Of a DNA stretch of 64,000 bases, positions 23,160 through 36,450 are shown piece by piece (positions within the stretch are counted from its first letter, which is position 1; each line of letters begins with the position of its first letter). The notes below the pieces were generated by a model. That model ran no database searches. It was given only the letters and a program-made list of their open reading frames with translations, and was not told where the DNA came from. The translations under genes and the position numbers were made by a program. This stretch comes from Penicillus capitatus (lineage: Eukaryota; Plantae; Chlorophyta). The stretch lies in the NCBI GenBank assembly GCA_965649825.1, contig OZ287706.1:372001-436000 (forward strand), in the 5' to 3' direction.

Positions 23160-24163
23160 ATGCATTCCAAAGCGCTCCTCGTTCTCTGCCTGTTGTGCTG
23201 CGCCCAAGTCTTCGCTGTATGTGTCTTGCGACCTCAAGACAGTCCCCATGCATGATGCGGTATGACGGTTTAGGTTCGCGACCTGGCCGATTCTTCCAGA
23301 TCTCTGCAGCAGTCAACAGCCAGAAGTGGCACGTCTGCTTCAGCTTCCGGCTCAGGAGATGGCACATCGAGCTCCGCGGTTGCAAGCGGAAGTGCCAGAC
23401 AGGTCGGTCCTGGAACGACGATTGTTGATGCTCGTGCCTTCTCTACCGCACGAGCCCAGAACCAATTCGCCACTGCCATTGCTCGTGCCGTCGCAGTAGC
23501 TAATTCAGATGGCGGCCGCGCTGTTGCCCTTGCCAGAGCCGCAGCTAGAGCATACGCAACGGCCATTGCCGAGGCATTCGCAGCTGCATCCGTTCGGATT
23601 ATCTCCACTTCCAGCGGCGGTCGTGCATGTGGCCGAGCAAGCGCCACAGCAAGGGCATCAGCCACAGCTTCTGCTCGTGCCCTTGTCTCTGTAAGTCCAT
23701 TTGTCCTGACCTTACGGCTCTCTGCATCATGCAGTGGATGTTTAGGTTTTGGCCCGGGCTTCAAACAGAATTAACTTTGCTTCTGCAAGCGCCACTGTTG
23801 AAGCCATTGTCACTGTGACAGCGGATGCCTTTGCAGCTGCACAGGCAAATGCATGCGTTAATGGCCAAGGGCGAGCAACTGCTGCCGCTTCACAACTTTC
23901 TCGGGCAGTTTCAACTGCATATGCCGATGTGGCTGCCATCGCTGTGGCCCTCGTCAATGGAAACGTCGCTCTGGCAAACATCCGAGCGCGTGCTATCGGA
24001 GATCGACTCGATGTGGCCACCGTTGATGGTCGCAGTGTGGCCACCGTCGTAGGACAGGGTACGTCGAAATTTCACTCCATCCACATCTTATCGACCTTCT
24101 GTCTGTGCTGCAGCCTCGGCCAACGCCGGCACTCGTGGAACTGCTACTACTGGCAGTGGATAG
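23160..24163 (+). CDS. Secreted Ala-rich array protein, copy A (Arg-rich)
   Basis: Exon 1 MHSKALLVLCLLCCAQVFA; exon 2 VRDLADSSRSLQQ...ARAYATAIAEAFAAASVRIISTSSGGRACG...RALVS; exon 3 VLARASNRINFA...ANACVNGQG...; short Gly/Ala/Thr tail; TAG at 24161-24163. Confidence 0.9.
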
Positions 24164-25935
24164 ACTTCCACCACGGAAGACGACGATTAGCTCATGACGA
24201 AAGATCGGTCTTTCATTACTGCTTTGCTTGTTTACTTCACCATGTCATTTCTATACAAACAACCTTTTTAAACGTTTATGCTGGACCCTCCTATTAAGGA
24301 ACGGTCCAACTTTAGCAGAAAGATTGCATGAAACTATGTCAGACGCTAAGTTCAACACGTTAGACTCTTCTCTCGGGGCACAGCTCTTTCATGGGCTTGT
24401 CATGAGAGTAGAAACGCGTGCTTTGGCTCTTTTGGTAAATGTTGTGGGTGACAATCTATCCTGTTTAATGCGTTAACTATCACGATTGTGCCGCGTGCCG
24501 AGGGATACCATCGCGGATTCCCGCCCCACAAACACCAACATCCGTGCAGACACTCCATGGACCATTGCCTGATACCAGCCACTCGCGTTCACAAGCTTAC
24601 GATGGACAGACAAATTGAACAGTGAAAACAGCAGACATGCATTCGGGTTCTCCCGTCAACCGTCTGCCATGATGGCATTGCGCCTTGCATGAAGGACATC
24701 CGGCCTTGCAAGGAGATGGACCATCGCATCTTCAAGAGGCACGCGCTCTCTCATTGCCGATGTTATTCTCTCATTCAGCTAGCTCTCTTCGACGGTGACT
24801 CCGCCGATTGTTCTCTTAATTGGACATGGACGGTATCGTGAAAAACTCACGGGAATGGCAGAAGATATCACAGGCGACACACCTCGCTGTTGTTCTCTCT
24901 CAGTATCTCCATTGGTCGTATCATCGAGTCGCGTTGCAGGGCAACCGTGGCAGCCATGTGCCTTGTCGGACGATGAACAAAATGCAAGAGATGATGGAGT
25001 GGGGTACGGTACCGGCACGCTTCCATTAATGGATTCCGACCGGTGGTTGAAATCCAAGCTCTCCAATTCGGTTCCCTGCAGAAATCGAGCTGCACTGTAC
25101 ACCATAGACTTTCCGGAGAGCAGTGGTGTTTGCTTGGCGAACCACGACGAATTGCAATCTCTCTGACTCAAAACGATTGTTCGAGATGAGCCATCCAGTG
25201 GACAAAGTCCCTACTGCCTTCGAGACAGAAACGCGAGACCATACAGATCACTCTCTGCCCGATCGCCGTCTCCTCTGCAGCAAGCCTTCTTGGATCGACG
25301 GTAATGATTGCGCAGGAAACCGTAGCATTCGATGACTAGGTACGAGAACATCCATCCATCCACACAAATCACTTCGGCAGCCATCGATGCAGCAGCACAG
25401 ATTCTTGATCCGATCATCGTCAACACTCCATCCAGCCAGATATCGAGTGCTGGCCGCGACTGGAGTACGTACAGTCCACGCCGAGAGGCTCAGTGACAGA
25501 CGAGAATCGTCCCGTTTCACACGTTCTATTTTGGGAACCTCGACGCCTTTCTCCAACAGCGTCGTTCAATCGCCCGAGAGCGAAGGCTCCTTGCATCGGC
25601 ACGACTCGGAGGTAACGCAGCGAGATGGTCTCGAGCCATTCATCGTGTCTTGGGAGAGGAGGCACTCGTCTGGCTGGTCCCTAGACAGAGCCATCACCGA
25701 TGTCGATAAGAATAGAATGGATGGTGCATGTACCTCCAAGGTACAGCATCATCGCCGCCAACTGCCGCAGAAACCAAGGCAGCCGTGTCTCCCATCGATC
25801 TATTTATAGACTAGGGCTAACACTGCAAAGGTCAGGCATCGCTGTGGCTCCTAGGTAGAATGCACACACCCAGTGGTAGACGATTCAGTTCTACAGCGAA
25901 AAGTGAGAGAGAGACCACCCACCTTTCTAAGCAAG

Positions 25936-26035
25936 CCATGGTAAGCTCCTATGGACAGACACTAGGCAGGCCGTGGTAAGCTCCCATGCACAGACACTAG
26001 GCAGGCCGTGGTAAGCTCCCACAGGCGGACACTAG
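25936..26035. repeat. 35-bp tandem repeat, ~2.9 copies
   Basis: ccatggtaagctcctatggacagacactaggcagg / ccgtggtaagctcccatgcacagacactaggcagg / ccgtggtaagctcccacaggcggacactag. Confidence 0.9.
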
Positions 26036-26918
26036 ATAAGAGGATTGTAATCTCCGCGAATTCTCCGCCGACTTCCTCGACGCTTACAGCGTCGTCGCGT
26101 CGGGCACGGTATAAATGGCCAGTCGGCGACGGTCGAGGCAACGTCTGGCAGAACGCTCTGGCGAACTATCTCGTCGGCGACACGTGCGGCCGACGCAGGA
26201 TGCGTCGCAGGACACATCGAACGCCTTCGACGTCATCCGGACGACCGGGAGCGCATTCGAGTACGCCTCGCGGATTTCGCACGGTTCGTCGAATGACATC
26301 TGTCGGGCGTAAGCACGAACGCGAGATAAACACGCCGAACGCGTGCAACCATTTCTATGCGCGACCGATGCACGGACATCGCGGCATCTGTTTTTTGCGG
26401 TCTATCCACGCAACGCGCGTTCACTCACGACCGGTTCCATCACAAAGCCACGCCTCGTGCCGATTCTTTTCCTCGCGGCCACGCGTTGGCCTGTGCGCCC
26501 ATTGCACCTGTTTAATGCTCGCTTACACTTTCCCACTGTCTGCTTAATCTGATTGGTCAAGGTCCAATGCCTGTGCTTCTTGGTCGCGAGCGTGGCCAAC
26601 GACCTAGTGACACCTGACTCACCAGATGTGACATCTTTCTGGTTTTTCCAGAGGGAAAGTCTGCGTCAGACATTCTGCCTCTTCTTAGATTACATTCCAC
26701 CTCGCTTCCCAGTGCGCGTCAAAAAATCCACGCTCATGTGGTCGCTGGGCTGCCTTGGGCAAGCATCCGAGACAAACGTCATGTCATTGAGGATCGTGTG
26801 GCTTGCTGCTTTACTTCGGAGTCGCCTGGCACCTCCCGATGGCCAAAAAAGTCTCCCTCGTTGCCCAACAGCTTCACACAGGTTCATGACAGGGACAGGA
26901 CTGTGGTAACAGCAAAGG

Positions 26919-26925
26919 TATAAAT
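26919..26925 (+). promoter_or_regulatory. TATA box of array copy B
   Basis: TATAAAT 116 bp upstream of ATG 27035. Confidence 0.7.
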
Positions 26926-27034
26926 ACGGACACGCCTTCTCCTTTTCATCAGCATTCCAACTTTTGCGTCTGGTTTCACTTGTTCCTCTGTCCTAAACGA
27001 TTCTCAGGATCAGTCTTCCTTTGTCCGCAGAACA

Positions 27035-27976
27035 ATGAACTCCGAGTTTCTCGCTGTTCTCTGCCTCGTGCTGTGCGCCGAGGCCTTTGCCGTACGCTGC
27101 CTTGTGTACTGTCTCGTTGGAGACAAGAGTGTGTCTAGGTGCGTGAATTGACTGGGACAGCCTCGAAGGCATTGTTGCAGGACCAACAGGCTGTCGCTCG
27201 TGCTACGGGTTCGGTTACGCAAATCGGCCAAGGCACGACTCAGGGGTCCGCTAGAGCCTTTGCTTCTTCTTTCGCGGAAAGCCAGTTCGACTTCGAATTC
27301 CGACGCGCTGTGTCGATAGCGCGCGCGGGAGACCGCGGCACCGCGGTTGCCGTTGCCAGGGCGGCTGCACGTGCCTTTGCGGTAGCCGTTGCTCGGGCAT
27401 TCGCTTTCGCGGCTGTCAGAATCGTATCAGACAACGCCGGTGGCAGTGGATGCGTCAGAGCGTCGGCGAATGCGAGAGCATCTGCCAGAGCAGCAGCTGT
27501 AGCTGTCGTTAGGGTACATTGGCTCCCCATTTTTCTCGACTGATTTTTTGACGCGTATTTAGGTCTTGGCCCAAGCGTCCAATGATATCAATTTCGCCGA
27601 TGCATCGGCTGCAGCGGCTGCCATCGTGGAAGTGACAGTGAGCGCATTCGCTGCTGCGCGTGCACGCGCCTGCGTCAATGGTGTGGGACAAGCAAGCGCT
27701 GTCGCCTCGCAGCTGTCTCAGGCTATTGGAGTGGTATTTGCTGACGTGGCTGCCTTCGCTCTGGCCCGTGTCGATGCCAATTCTGCCGATGCATTCATTG
27801 TTGTGCGTGCCGAAGCCGGCAAGCTCGTATTCACTATCGACCGTGGATTTGTCGCAGCAAGAGCCTCCGGAGGCGGTAAGCGTCGAATTCCAGTGCCGCA
27901 CCAACTGACATCGTTCTCTCTCGCAGGCTCGGCAGGCGCAGCCCGTGCCGGCGGTGCCGGAGAAACCAGCGGCTAG
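27035..27976 (+). CDS. Secreted Ala-rich array protein, copy B (Arg-rich)
   Basis: MNSEFLAVLCLVLCAEAFA | VRELTGTASKALLQ...ARAFAVAVARAFAFAAVRIVSDNAGGSGCV... | VLAQASNDINFA...ARACVNGVG... | Gly/Ala tail; same intron positions as copy A. Confidence 0.9.
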
Positions 27977-28169
27977 AAGAAACCACAACACCTGTCTATC
28001 ACTCACAACTACTGCCTTCGTTTTATTCTTAGTAGAGTCTCCACCATGCAGACTCTGATTCTTGGTTTTATCTCTAATCTTCGTTCGGTTCATGGCGACG
28101 ACCATGAGAAAAGCGGCTCCGTACCCGGGTGTCAGCTATCAACTTTACGGGAATCCATTGGCTTTTGTT

Positions 28170-28300
28170 TTTTGTTTAACCGAGCAGACAATCCTTAACG
28201 GATAGTCTTGCATGGTGAGATGGGAACCGTGTTTTTTGTTTAACCAAGCAGATACTCGTCGACGGGAAATCGTGCATGGTGATCTATGGAATGGGAACAG
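28170..28300. repeat. Imperfect direct repeat, period ~64 bp, 2 copies
   Basis: ttttgtttaaccgagcagaca...tgcatggtgagatgggaac versus ttttgtttaaccaagcagata...tgcatggtgatctatgggaa. Confidence 0.6.
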
Positions 28301-30289
28301 TGATGAGTTGGGTTATGCGACAATTGGTATTGTGAAATACTAATTACGAAAACAAGTTTCCGCGTTTGCGCGCGACGGTGCGGCGGAGCTGCGTAACGCC
28401 TCGGCTCTTGGTTCGGCTCTTTCCCTTACCGCATTCGGCGGAGGACTTAATCCACTAGGCAGAGGCATCGGCGAATGTGAAAGCGCCGACAAGCGAGGCA
28501 CGGATGATGCCCTCACTGCGACGGGAAGGTGCATCGGCTGGGCGACTTCTGTATTTTCCTCTCTCTCTGGTCACTCCATCTTTCCTCTACATCTGAAGGA
28601 AACGCCAGATGGTCTGTTTGGATGTGGACGCATGCTTTGCCGGTGGCTGGGCATGCGACGGCGACGCGTGGTCCCGCGGTTGGCCGTGACATCGTTTAGA
28701 GGACGTACCCGACGGATGTCAGGGCTGCCTCGTCGTCTGAGATTTTACGTCGCATGAGAAGTGGAAGTGACTAGGCGTTGTCTTACCCAGGAGGCTTCTG
28801 CTGAGGAAAGAGGTGCACAGCATTCGTCGAATGCCTCGTTGCGTTTTCTTATTACTGCTCTACATGCACTCCAACACTTTGAGCTTCTGTACAGCAGGTA
28901 ACGCTAGCTCTAGTATGTATTCTTCGGTCATGCCTCTCTACTCATGCCTCCGAAGCTGCATTTCTCATGAAGTGTCTTTGTTTCCTCTCACTGACTCACC
29001 TTTCAGTGCACAATGGCTTTGGCTTATCTCGGCTACCTTCTACTGTCAGAACCGTTGTCTGATCTGGTTATTGCATGTGGGAGGTAATGCATGTTGTGAT
29101 GCATACTTTGTCGAGACATCACTTTAGTCTATTTTCTGTTGCTGCAATGGAATTGCCCGTACCTTTCACTTAGATCATTCTCCCTGTGGTAAATGTATCT
29201 CCTATTGATCTTGTTGGTGGACGCTGAAGATTTGCCAGACTGTTACGTTTTCCTACATCTCATTGGAGATTCGTACAGCAGGCGAGATATTTCTGAACGC
29301 AGGTGGGAGTGATGATCATTCTAGGATTCACTTATATGAAGTTGCTTCCACCGCTTACCTACATTTCTGTCAGTAATCGGCAACAGATGAACCCCATTTG
29401 AGTTCATTGTCGACCGTACAAAACACAAGAAGTGTGAGAACACGGAATCTCTAAGTCATAGGAAAACAAAGTCACACATTCTTTTACATCGTGCAATGAG
29501 CAACTCAAAAAGAACAGTATCGCGATGGCACCCTGCTTTGAACTAGACCATGACAATCTGGGCAATGCCATAGTACTAGATACCCGATTGTTCGCCAAGG
29601 ATGTCTAGCCTCGTCACGACTCATGAACAGCAGGTGTACGATAGGATCTCGATGAACGAACAGACATTGCTGCCTGCAGATTACCGCCCCTTCCATTTAG
29701 TCTGTGTCACAGTATCTACCTGGAACGCACGCTATACTCGGCTACGATTTTCAGTTATCCTCTGTATCAAAGTCCAACAACACCTGCCATTCGTTTTATG
29801 TTCCCAATCGAATGCCTTCGCCGATTCCTAGCATCGGCACCGATACTGGACAGGATTTCTCTCTCGTATCAGCAATTCCGAGGGCTCCCTTGGTTTCATT
29901 TTCGCGAGCTTAGGTAGCTCCGTTCGAGAGCGTCTGAGAAGAAACACAGTACAATACACGTCATATCAACTTCATAGCAGAAAGCAGCCACCTGTACCGA
30001 ATTGCGAAGTTCCTACGTCCGATGACGCGGACTCGGATATCCGCGTCGAAGTTTTCATCTCCTCTTCGACCCGTCCCACACCTTCGGCTGTTCTCGACCA
30101 ATCATATGCCGACGAAACTATCATCGACGCATTTGCCAGCACTGAATTGGCGCAACGTTCGCCGTATAAGCGACGACTGTGCCGGAAGCCGTGCGACATC
30201 TGCTTTGTCTGACGCCAGCTGGAGACCGAGCAGCGTTGTCCAGCTTCATGTAGCTTCCTTGTGTTGCTCTCAGGCAGCAATTGCCCGAG

Positions 30290-30296
30290 TATAAAT
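30290..30296 (+). promoter_or_regulatory. TATA box of array copy C
   Basis: TATAAAT 108 bp upstream of ATG 30398. Confidence 0.7.
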
Positions 30297-30397
30297 ACGT
30301 GTCCAGCGTGTGCTGTCCACCGTGAAAGTTCAGTTCGACTTTGCCTGTTTATTTGGAGCAGTAACTTGAACGTTCTTTTGCCAAACGAAAAAAAACC

Positions 30398-31336
30398 ATG
30401 CAGTTCAGAGCGCTCACCATTCTCTGTCTGGTTTTCTCCGCGCAAGTCTTTGCGGTAAGCTCCGCGTCGGGGAGAGTTTGTTCGGAGGAATGGCGTCTAG
30501 GTGCGAGAATTGACGGGTTTGACGTCCAAGTCCCTGTTGCAAAATGGACCGAACACGGCTATCGTCGATGTCGACGTCACAGCTGTAGACGGAGAAATTA
30601 TTGTCCAAGCCGAGGCGTTTTCCACTTCCTCTGCTCGAAACGCATTCGCTCAGGCGATTGCGGGAGATATCGACCAAATCGAAAATTCAGGCGGCGATGC
30701 TATCGCTCTGGCAACTGCATCGGCACGTGCTTATGCAGTGGCCATTGCCAGAGCTTTTGCAGCAGCTTCTGTGCAAATTGTATCGACGGCGACGGGCGGT
30801 CGTGCCTGCGGCCAAGCTTCAGCCGATGCTTTTGCTTCGGCTCGGGCTTCCGCACAAGCTTTCGTTGACGTATTCCCCATCTCCTTATTGTCCTGTTTCG
30901 AATGCATGACTGGTTGTTCAGGTTCTGGCCCAGGCTTCCAATGATATTGACTTTGCCAGCGCATCGGCTGCCGTTGATGCTATTTCGACCGTTACGGTCA
31001 CCGCCTTCGCTAGGGCACAAGCAGATGCATGTGTCGACGGAGTCGGCCAAGCAAGCGTGGCCGCTAGTCTGTTGACAGAAACAATCGGAATAGCATATGT
31101 GGAAGTGTGCGCTCTCGCTTTGGCCCTTGTGACGCCCGGCGCCGCCTTTGCCCAAATTGTCGTGACCGCTGAATCCGGCCGCGTTGTTGCGACCACGTTC
31201 GACGGTCGCTTCGCGAGGGACGTTGTCGGAGGAGGTAAACAGACATCTCTTCAGAAGTGACATTGTCTGATATCGTTCGTGTTTTGCAGGATCCGGTGGA
31301 GGTAGTTTGGTGGGCGTTGGAACTGGCGGACCCTAG
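30398..31336 (+). CDS. Secreted Ala-rich array protein, copy C
   Basis: MQFRALTILCLVFSAQVFA | VRELTGLTSKSLLQN...ARAYAVAIARAFAAASVQIVSTATGGRACG...AFVD | VLAQASNDIDFA...ADACVDGVG... | GSGGGSLVGVGTGGP-TAG. Confidence 0.9.
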
Positions 31337-32571
31337 ATCCTTTCCGGCACACCATATATTTCGTCTATTCTATAATGCCAAGAGCTTTTCGTTTTTATTG
31401 GAGCGGTTTCCTCTGGATCTTGATTTAGGCGGTCGTGACCGACAGCTTTACACGTGTGAGTTATTATCACGTTTACGAAGGGCTTGACGTTTATGAGCGA
31501 AAACGCATCATTTCGTCAAGAACATAACGACAGTGCGTTATTCCCTCGAACGTGTGCGTGTTAGCAAGGCACGAGTGGATTTAAGTTTGATATGCAGATG
31601 TGCCTGGAAATGAGCACAGTCTGCAAAAAGACAAACCTTCTCCTGTTTAAGCAGTCAACTAGGTTTGATCATCATGTTTCCCATCATCGCGCTCTCGATC
31701 CTCATCGGATATCGATTCTCTCGATCACAGACTGTCTTCTCGCTTCGTCTCTTTCGCTGCGATGCCGAGCGCATCATCGGTCTCGAGTGAGGTCATGACA
31801 TAAGGCATGGCAGTAAGCAAGCGAAGGTGAACGTTGGATTGCTGTTCTATCGATAGAACAGCACATACAGGATTGCTTCATCACGTGTCGTTTGCCGTTC
31901 GATCCATCGATACGCGAGATGCGATGGTCTCATGCACACACGACCCTTCATTCGACCACTAAAGGAGAGACTGGATTTGTTCTTTGGGCGAACGATAGAG
32001 GCCATGATTCGAAACCTTAGACTTACTTACCGCGACGTGCGTCTATCCCTCGTCGACAGACAACATCCCGCTCCCTTCACTAGTGTAACAAATGGATTGC
32101 GACAATTGGGGAGGGAAAAACCAATCCGTTTCGAATTCGACGTCTTTTCGGATACAGAGCACACGACGAGGTAGGGAAGACAAAGTGCTCCGCCCGTTGT
32201 GGATTTTCGACGCTGCATCGACATGACGTGTTTTGAAGGTGCGTAAGACTATTGCTGACGACGTCGGCGCATGGCCACAACTAGCCGTAACACAAGCAGA
32301 CACGACCCTTGCTTTCTCGCTTCGATGAAACGTGGAATGCTCGACGGACAATTCATGGGGTAGAACCGCGAGGCAGCGCGCGACTGCAAACGCAGAACAA
32401 CGTGGCACTTCTCGACACCTTCCTTCAGAGATACCTGCCACGTGTGGACGGCAGAGATGGGTTATCCAAACGTATGCATTCAACGACCCCGACCTAAACA
32501 AGGCACCGTCGCTGCGTTCTATCAGATATTGACGAGCAGAGATCGACGTCGCTCCGCCTAAGAGTCCAAAG

Positions 32572-33413
32572 ATGGACTGGAGACTCCTAACGTTGGTTTA
32601 TCTACTGTACGGCTGCCTCCCTTGCTCTGCGGTATGTCTTCAGCCGAGACGGCAAACGAAGCGCCCTTCTGTTTTTAGGTTCGAGTTTTGAAACATTCAG
32701 GTCGCCAGGTATCGCTGCCACTCGATGCGTCCTATGGTATTCAATGCACGCTCTTACCTCCATCTTACAACACGAGCTGTCCCATCCGTCAAGCTATGGC
32801 GTCCCATGAGGAGCATCTCAAGGCCGAGTTTGCAAAGGTCATAAGACACTCGGTGGATGATGCCTTGAACGGAACGCGGAAGTCGAACACAGCCATGTAC
32901 GAAGCTACCTCTTACATCGTACAAGTCGCAAGAACGCTGAACACAACAGCGATCAGGGTCGTCTCAAATGAAGGCGATGATGCTGTCTGTTCTTCCGTCT
33001 TTGACGATGCCCTTGCCGTTTCGTACGATTTTGCCGCGATCTTTGTAGAGGTATGCCCCTCACTGAGTGGACTGCTTTGGCTGAGCAGAGCTGTGCAGGT
33101 GTTGGATCGTGCATCGGACAGGATCTCTTTCGCCTGGCCCTGTGATGCGATCGCTGCCATTGCAAGTCGGAGTCTGGGCGTGTTTTCTGATGTGCTCGCT
33201 TTGGTTTGCAACAATCGACGGGTGCAGCTGGAGGTAATAGTCAACTCGTCGATATCTGCACTGGTAGCCTCGCACGCGGAGGTGATCAATGCCGCGTTGG
33301 AACTTGCTGCACCTGGAGGACCCGTGGGTCAGTTGACCGTCAGGAAGACGGACACTCGACTCGAAGCCGCTATCACGACGGACACCATGATCCCGGTGCC
33401 CATGACTGTATAA
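32572..33413 (+). CDS. Highly divergent, Ala-depleted member of the array family (copy I)
   Basis: Signal exon MDWRLLTLVYLLYGCLPCSA, intron 32632-32678, exon starting VRVLK; IRVVSNEGDDAVC...AAIFVE | in-frame 48-nt intron 33051-33098 | VLDRASDRISFA...ALVC...HAEVINAALELAAPG. Both Cys and the exon 2/3 junction motif are kept. Confidence 0.75.
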
Positions 33414-34499
33414 AGCTACCGGGAGACTGGCGTTTCTTGGTTGGGATGACACGGAAGAGCATCGAGAGAAAACGATGAATGTGGGAGATCTAGTTGAGAA
33501 AGATGACGACAGAAAGATAAGCATCAGCAATTCGATGCCTTGAAACGAAGTTTTTGACCTCTGCCCTGTGTGCGACTTCATAACGGTATACGTTATTTGG
33601 GAGCTATAATCCTATCAGGACTATCCTTACAGCTTACTGCACCATCATGAGTGCCATTCTTTTTAATCGACACCACTGAAACCATAACCGTCGTGGATCG
33701 GAACACGATTCGGCATCTGAGTCCTTGTTCACAATAGAGAACACTGATCTCACTGATTTGATGTGACTTTTGTATTTAACCTACGTGCCATCGCATTCTT
33801 GCGAACACGCATTAGATTCAACCAATGCGGCAAAGATACGTGTGATCCGATTGTCTTCGGCAACAGAAAAGACGCTATTCATCGATGGGATGCATCGACG
33901 CACATCTGAGCGCACATTTTGACACGATTGGCGAAAGGACCTTCTGAATGTCCCACCCAGATCACATCTCTCTACAGAAGCCGTTCGGATGGTTCGACAA
34001 GGCGACGCAGACGCGGTTGCGAAGATTGCGCGAACTCGGAGGACAGTCGCTTCATTGTCGGAGACTTTTCGATAACACATCTGCCGCTTCGTCAAACGTT
34101 CGATCATGCCACCGGCTCCGTTCAAGGCAGCGACGGACGGTCCTCTCACGCGCTTCGTCGTAAAGAGAACGGCTACGAGTCCGTCGGCTCTTTCGCCGCT
34201 CGAGTGAACACCAACGCGTGCCTCGTTCGATAACCGATGACATCCGACGGTCGTCAGAAGGCGCGGCGCTCAACAATGCTTAATGCAGCACCGAGCCTCA
34301 CGTTCGGGTGATGCATCTGTCTCCTGTGGATCCCATCTAACTTCCGCCCTGACCCACGAACGCGATTACAAAGGCAGCGAGGCAGCGTTTGCATGAACTC
34401 CGCTTAACTTAGCTCTTCTTCGCGCTATCCTCTGTTCGACTCTTCTACTAGACGTTGAATAAAAACACCATTTGAAACAGAAAGACGACGAAACATACG

Positions 34500-35489
34500 A
34501 TGTCAGCCAAGGCCACCATCGCTCTTTGCTTTGTGCTCTGTGCCCAAGTCTTCGCCGTACGTCTATGCACTCCAAGAGGAGGGAGATCACGGCAGTGATG
34601 ATTTGTTTTGGCAGACAAGAGAATCGAGATTTCTGCTGCAAAATAAAACAGCGTTCAGCAAAAACGGCGTACCGACCAGGACAGACGCGGAGGGGTCGAC
34701 GGCCCACGCCGGCGCCACTTTGCGGCTCACTGGTCCGGGGAAGATATCAGCCGACATTAAGTCGAAAGGCATTGGCGTGACTCTGGTCAAAGACGCCTTT
34801 GCCGGTGCCATGGTCAAGGCAAAGGAGAACGTGGAAAAGGGAGGAGATGCCATGGCCATTGCATTCTTCGAAGCACGTGCGTATGGCACAGCCATCGCTC
34901 AAGCACTTGCCAAAGCCCGCGTCCGGCTATCATCCAATGCTGAAGGAGGCATGGCGTGCGCTTTCGCCGAGGCCGATGCTAATTCGACAGCCACCGCCTA
35001 TGCGACTGCCCTCGTCGAGGCACATCCCCTCCGTCTGCGGAAGCACTCCCATCTGAGCATTGCTGTGCTGAACTAGGTGCTTGCCAAAGCGTCCAACAAG
35101 ATCAAATTTGCCGAGGCAGAAGCAGCGGTCAAATCCATCGTGTCTGTCACGGTCAGTACTTTCGCCACTGCCGAGGCGGAAGCCTGCGGTCGGGGCGTGT
35201 TCGAAGCCAACACCGTTGTCATTGTGATCGCCGAAGCGCTCGGCACTGCCTATGCGGAAGTCGTTGCCATTGCTCTTGCCATGGTGGCTCCCGGAGTATC
35301 TGTGGCCGAGATCGACGTTCAAGCCATAGGCGACATACTTAAGGCCAGCACGGTTACTGGGTTTAGTGCAACTGAAGTCCTCGGCGATGGTAAGTCTTCA
35401 TTCGCTGTCCAGCTTTTCTCCAAAATGCGTCGTGCTGCTCAGCGAGAGCGAAAGCGAGTGCGACTGGCGGGGCAGAGGTCCGCCCCTAG
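34500..35489 (+). CDS. Secreted Ala-rich array protein, copy D (Lys-rich)
   Basis: MSAKATIALCFVLCAQVFA | TRESRFLLQN...ARAYGTAIAQALAKARVRLSSNAEGGMACA...ALVE | GC-AG intron 35020-35076 | VLAKASNKIKFA...AEACGRG... | ARAKASATGGAEVRP-TAG. Confidence 0.88.
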
Positions 35490-36062
35490 GACAGGACAAT
35501 GACGATCAGATGTGTCCTAGAAGCTGTTTTCTTTCGATCTGGATCATCATTTATATTCTTGAACGTGATTGTTTTTTTCTTCTGACAGAATTGGCAAGCA
35601 TCGACGGTTTCTGTGTGACAGAACTAGAAATGCACTCAGAGACTTAGAACGCGTGCTTGACCTTAGGAGACTCTCCTGGAGAGGACTATTTCTTTCGATC
35701 ATCCGGGCTTGATTCCTCATGTGACACATGGTCTGCGACACAAAGATATATCTATCTATCTACCCTGTTTAGGTAAAACTTGTAATCTGTCTGATCCAAA
35801 CAGAGTAACGCCGTTATCGAAACGTATCCCCCGCAACGCATCCTCTTAACTATCGCAAAGGGCGGTCGCTCAAGCCGTCGCCGTTATGGCGGCGTGCATT
35901 CGACAGGTGCGAGGCACAGGGGAGAGGATGGAGGATTCGTGCGACGCCTTGAGCGTGTCTGCGACGGGACCTCCGTCGAACGACGTGGAATCGCCACCAG
36001 GCCATGAGCGTGCTGAACCACTCGTGGCAATGGAGGGGCAGATGCAGTAGTCTATTACGTCA

Positions 36063-36450
36063 TCATGACGCAATTCCCAGAAATCCACTCACAACATGGA
36101 TGGCAGTGTACACAGTTGACCAGGCCTCTAACCCACTGACTGCAAAGGACATCAGGTAGAGCAAGAGATTCAGAAAAGATACAACCAATAGGCCTGTACA
36201 ATCATTCGACTCCTTATCATCTTCTTCATCGAGGCATGGGGAAAAATGTGACGATGAAATTCTCCATGACAACCAAATGTCTGGCCCACCGATTCGTTCT
36301 TGTGTAAGAATGCCTTCGAAGATTCGGTTATCTGTTCCACGCGGCAGCCATAAGGCCAAGTGAATAAGGTAAAGGGTATTATTGTAGGCATCCCTCCTGT
36401 TGCCTTCTCCGTTGCGGAGCGTATGCGTCGAGGAATTGGGTTTTGCACCT
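36063..36450 (-). CDS. Possible exon of a hypothetical membrane protein antisense to the array
   Basis: Open frame of ~128 codons after an AG acceptor, ending in two hydrophobic stretches (LLVVSFLNLLLYLMSFAV; VYTAIHVVSGFLGIAS); a GTAAGT donor lies upstream at ~36505. No homology recognised. Confidence 0.3.

Noticed and set aside
25936-26035. 35-bp repeats as a CRISPR array
   Set aside because: The units are directly adjacent with no unique spacers, there are no cas genes, and the context is eukaryotic.
28800-29900. AT-richer spacer segment as a transposon ORF remnant
   Set aside because: Short stop-ridden frames with no TIR, LTR, RT or transposase motif that I could identify.
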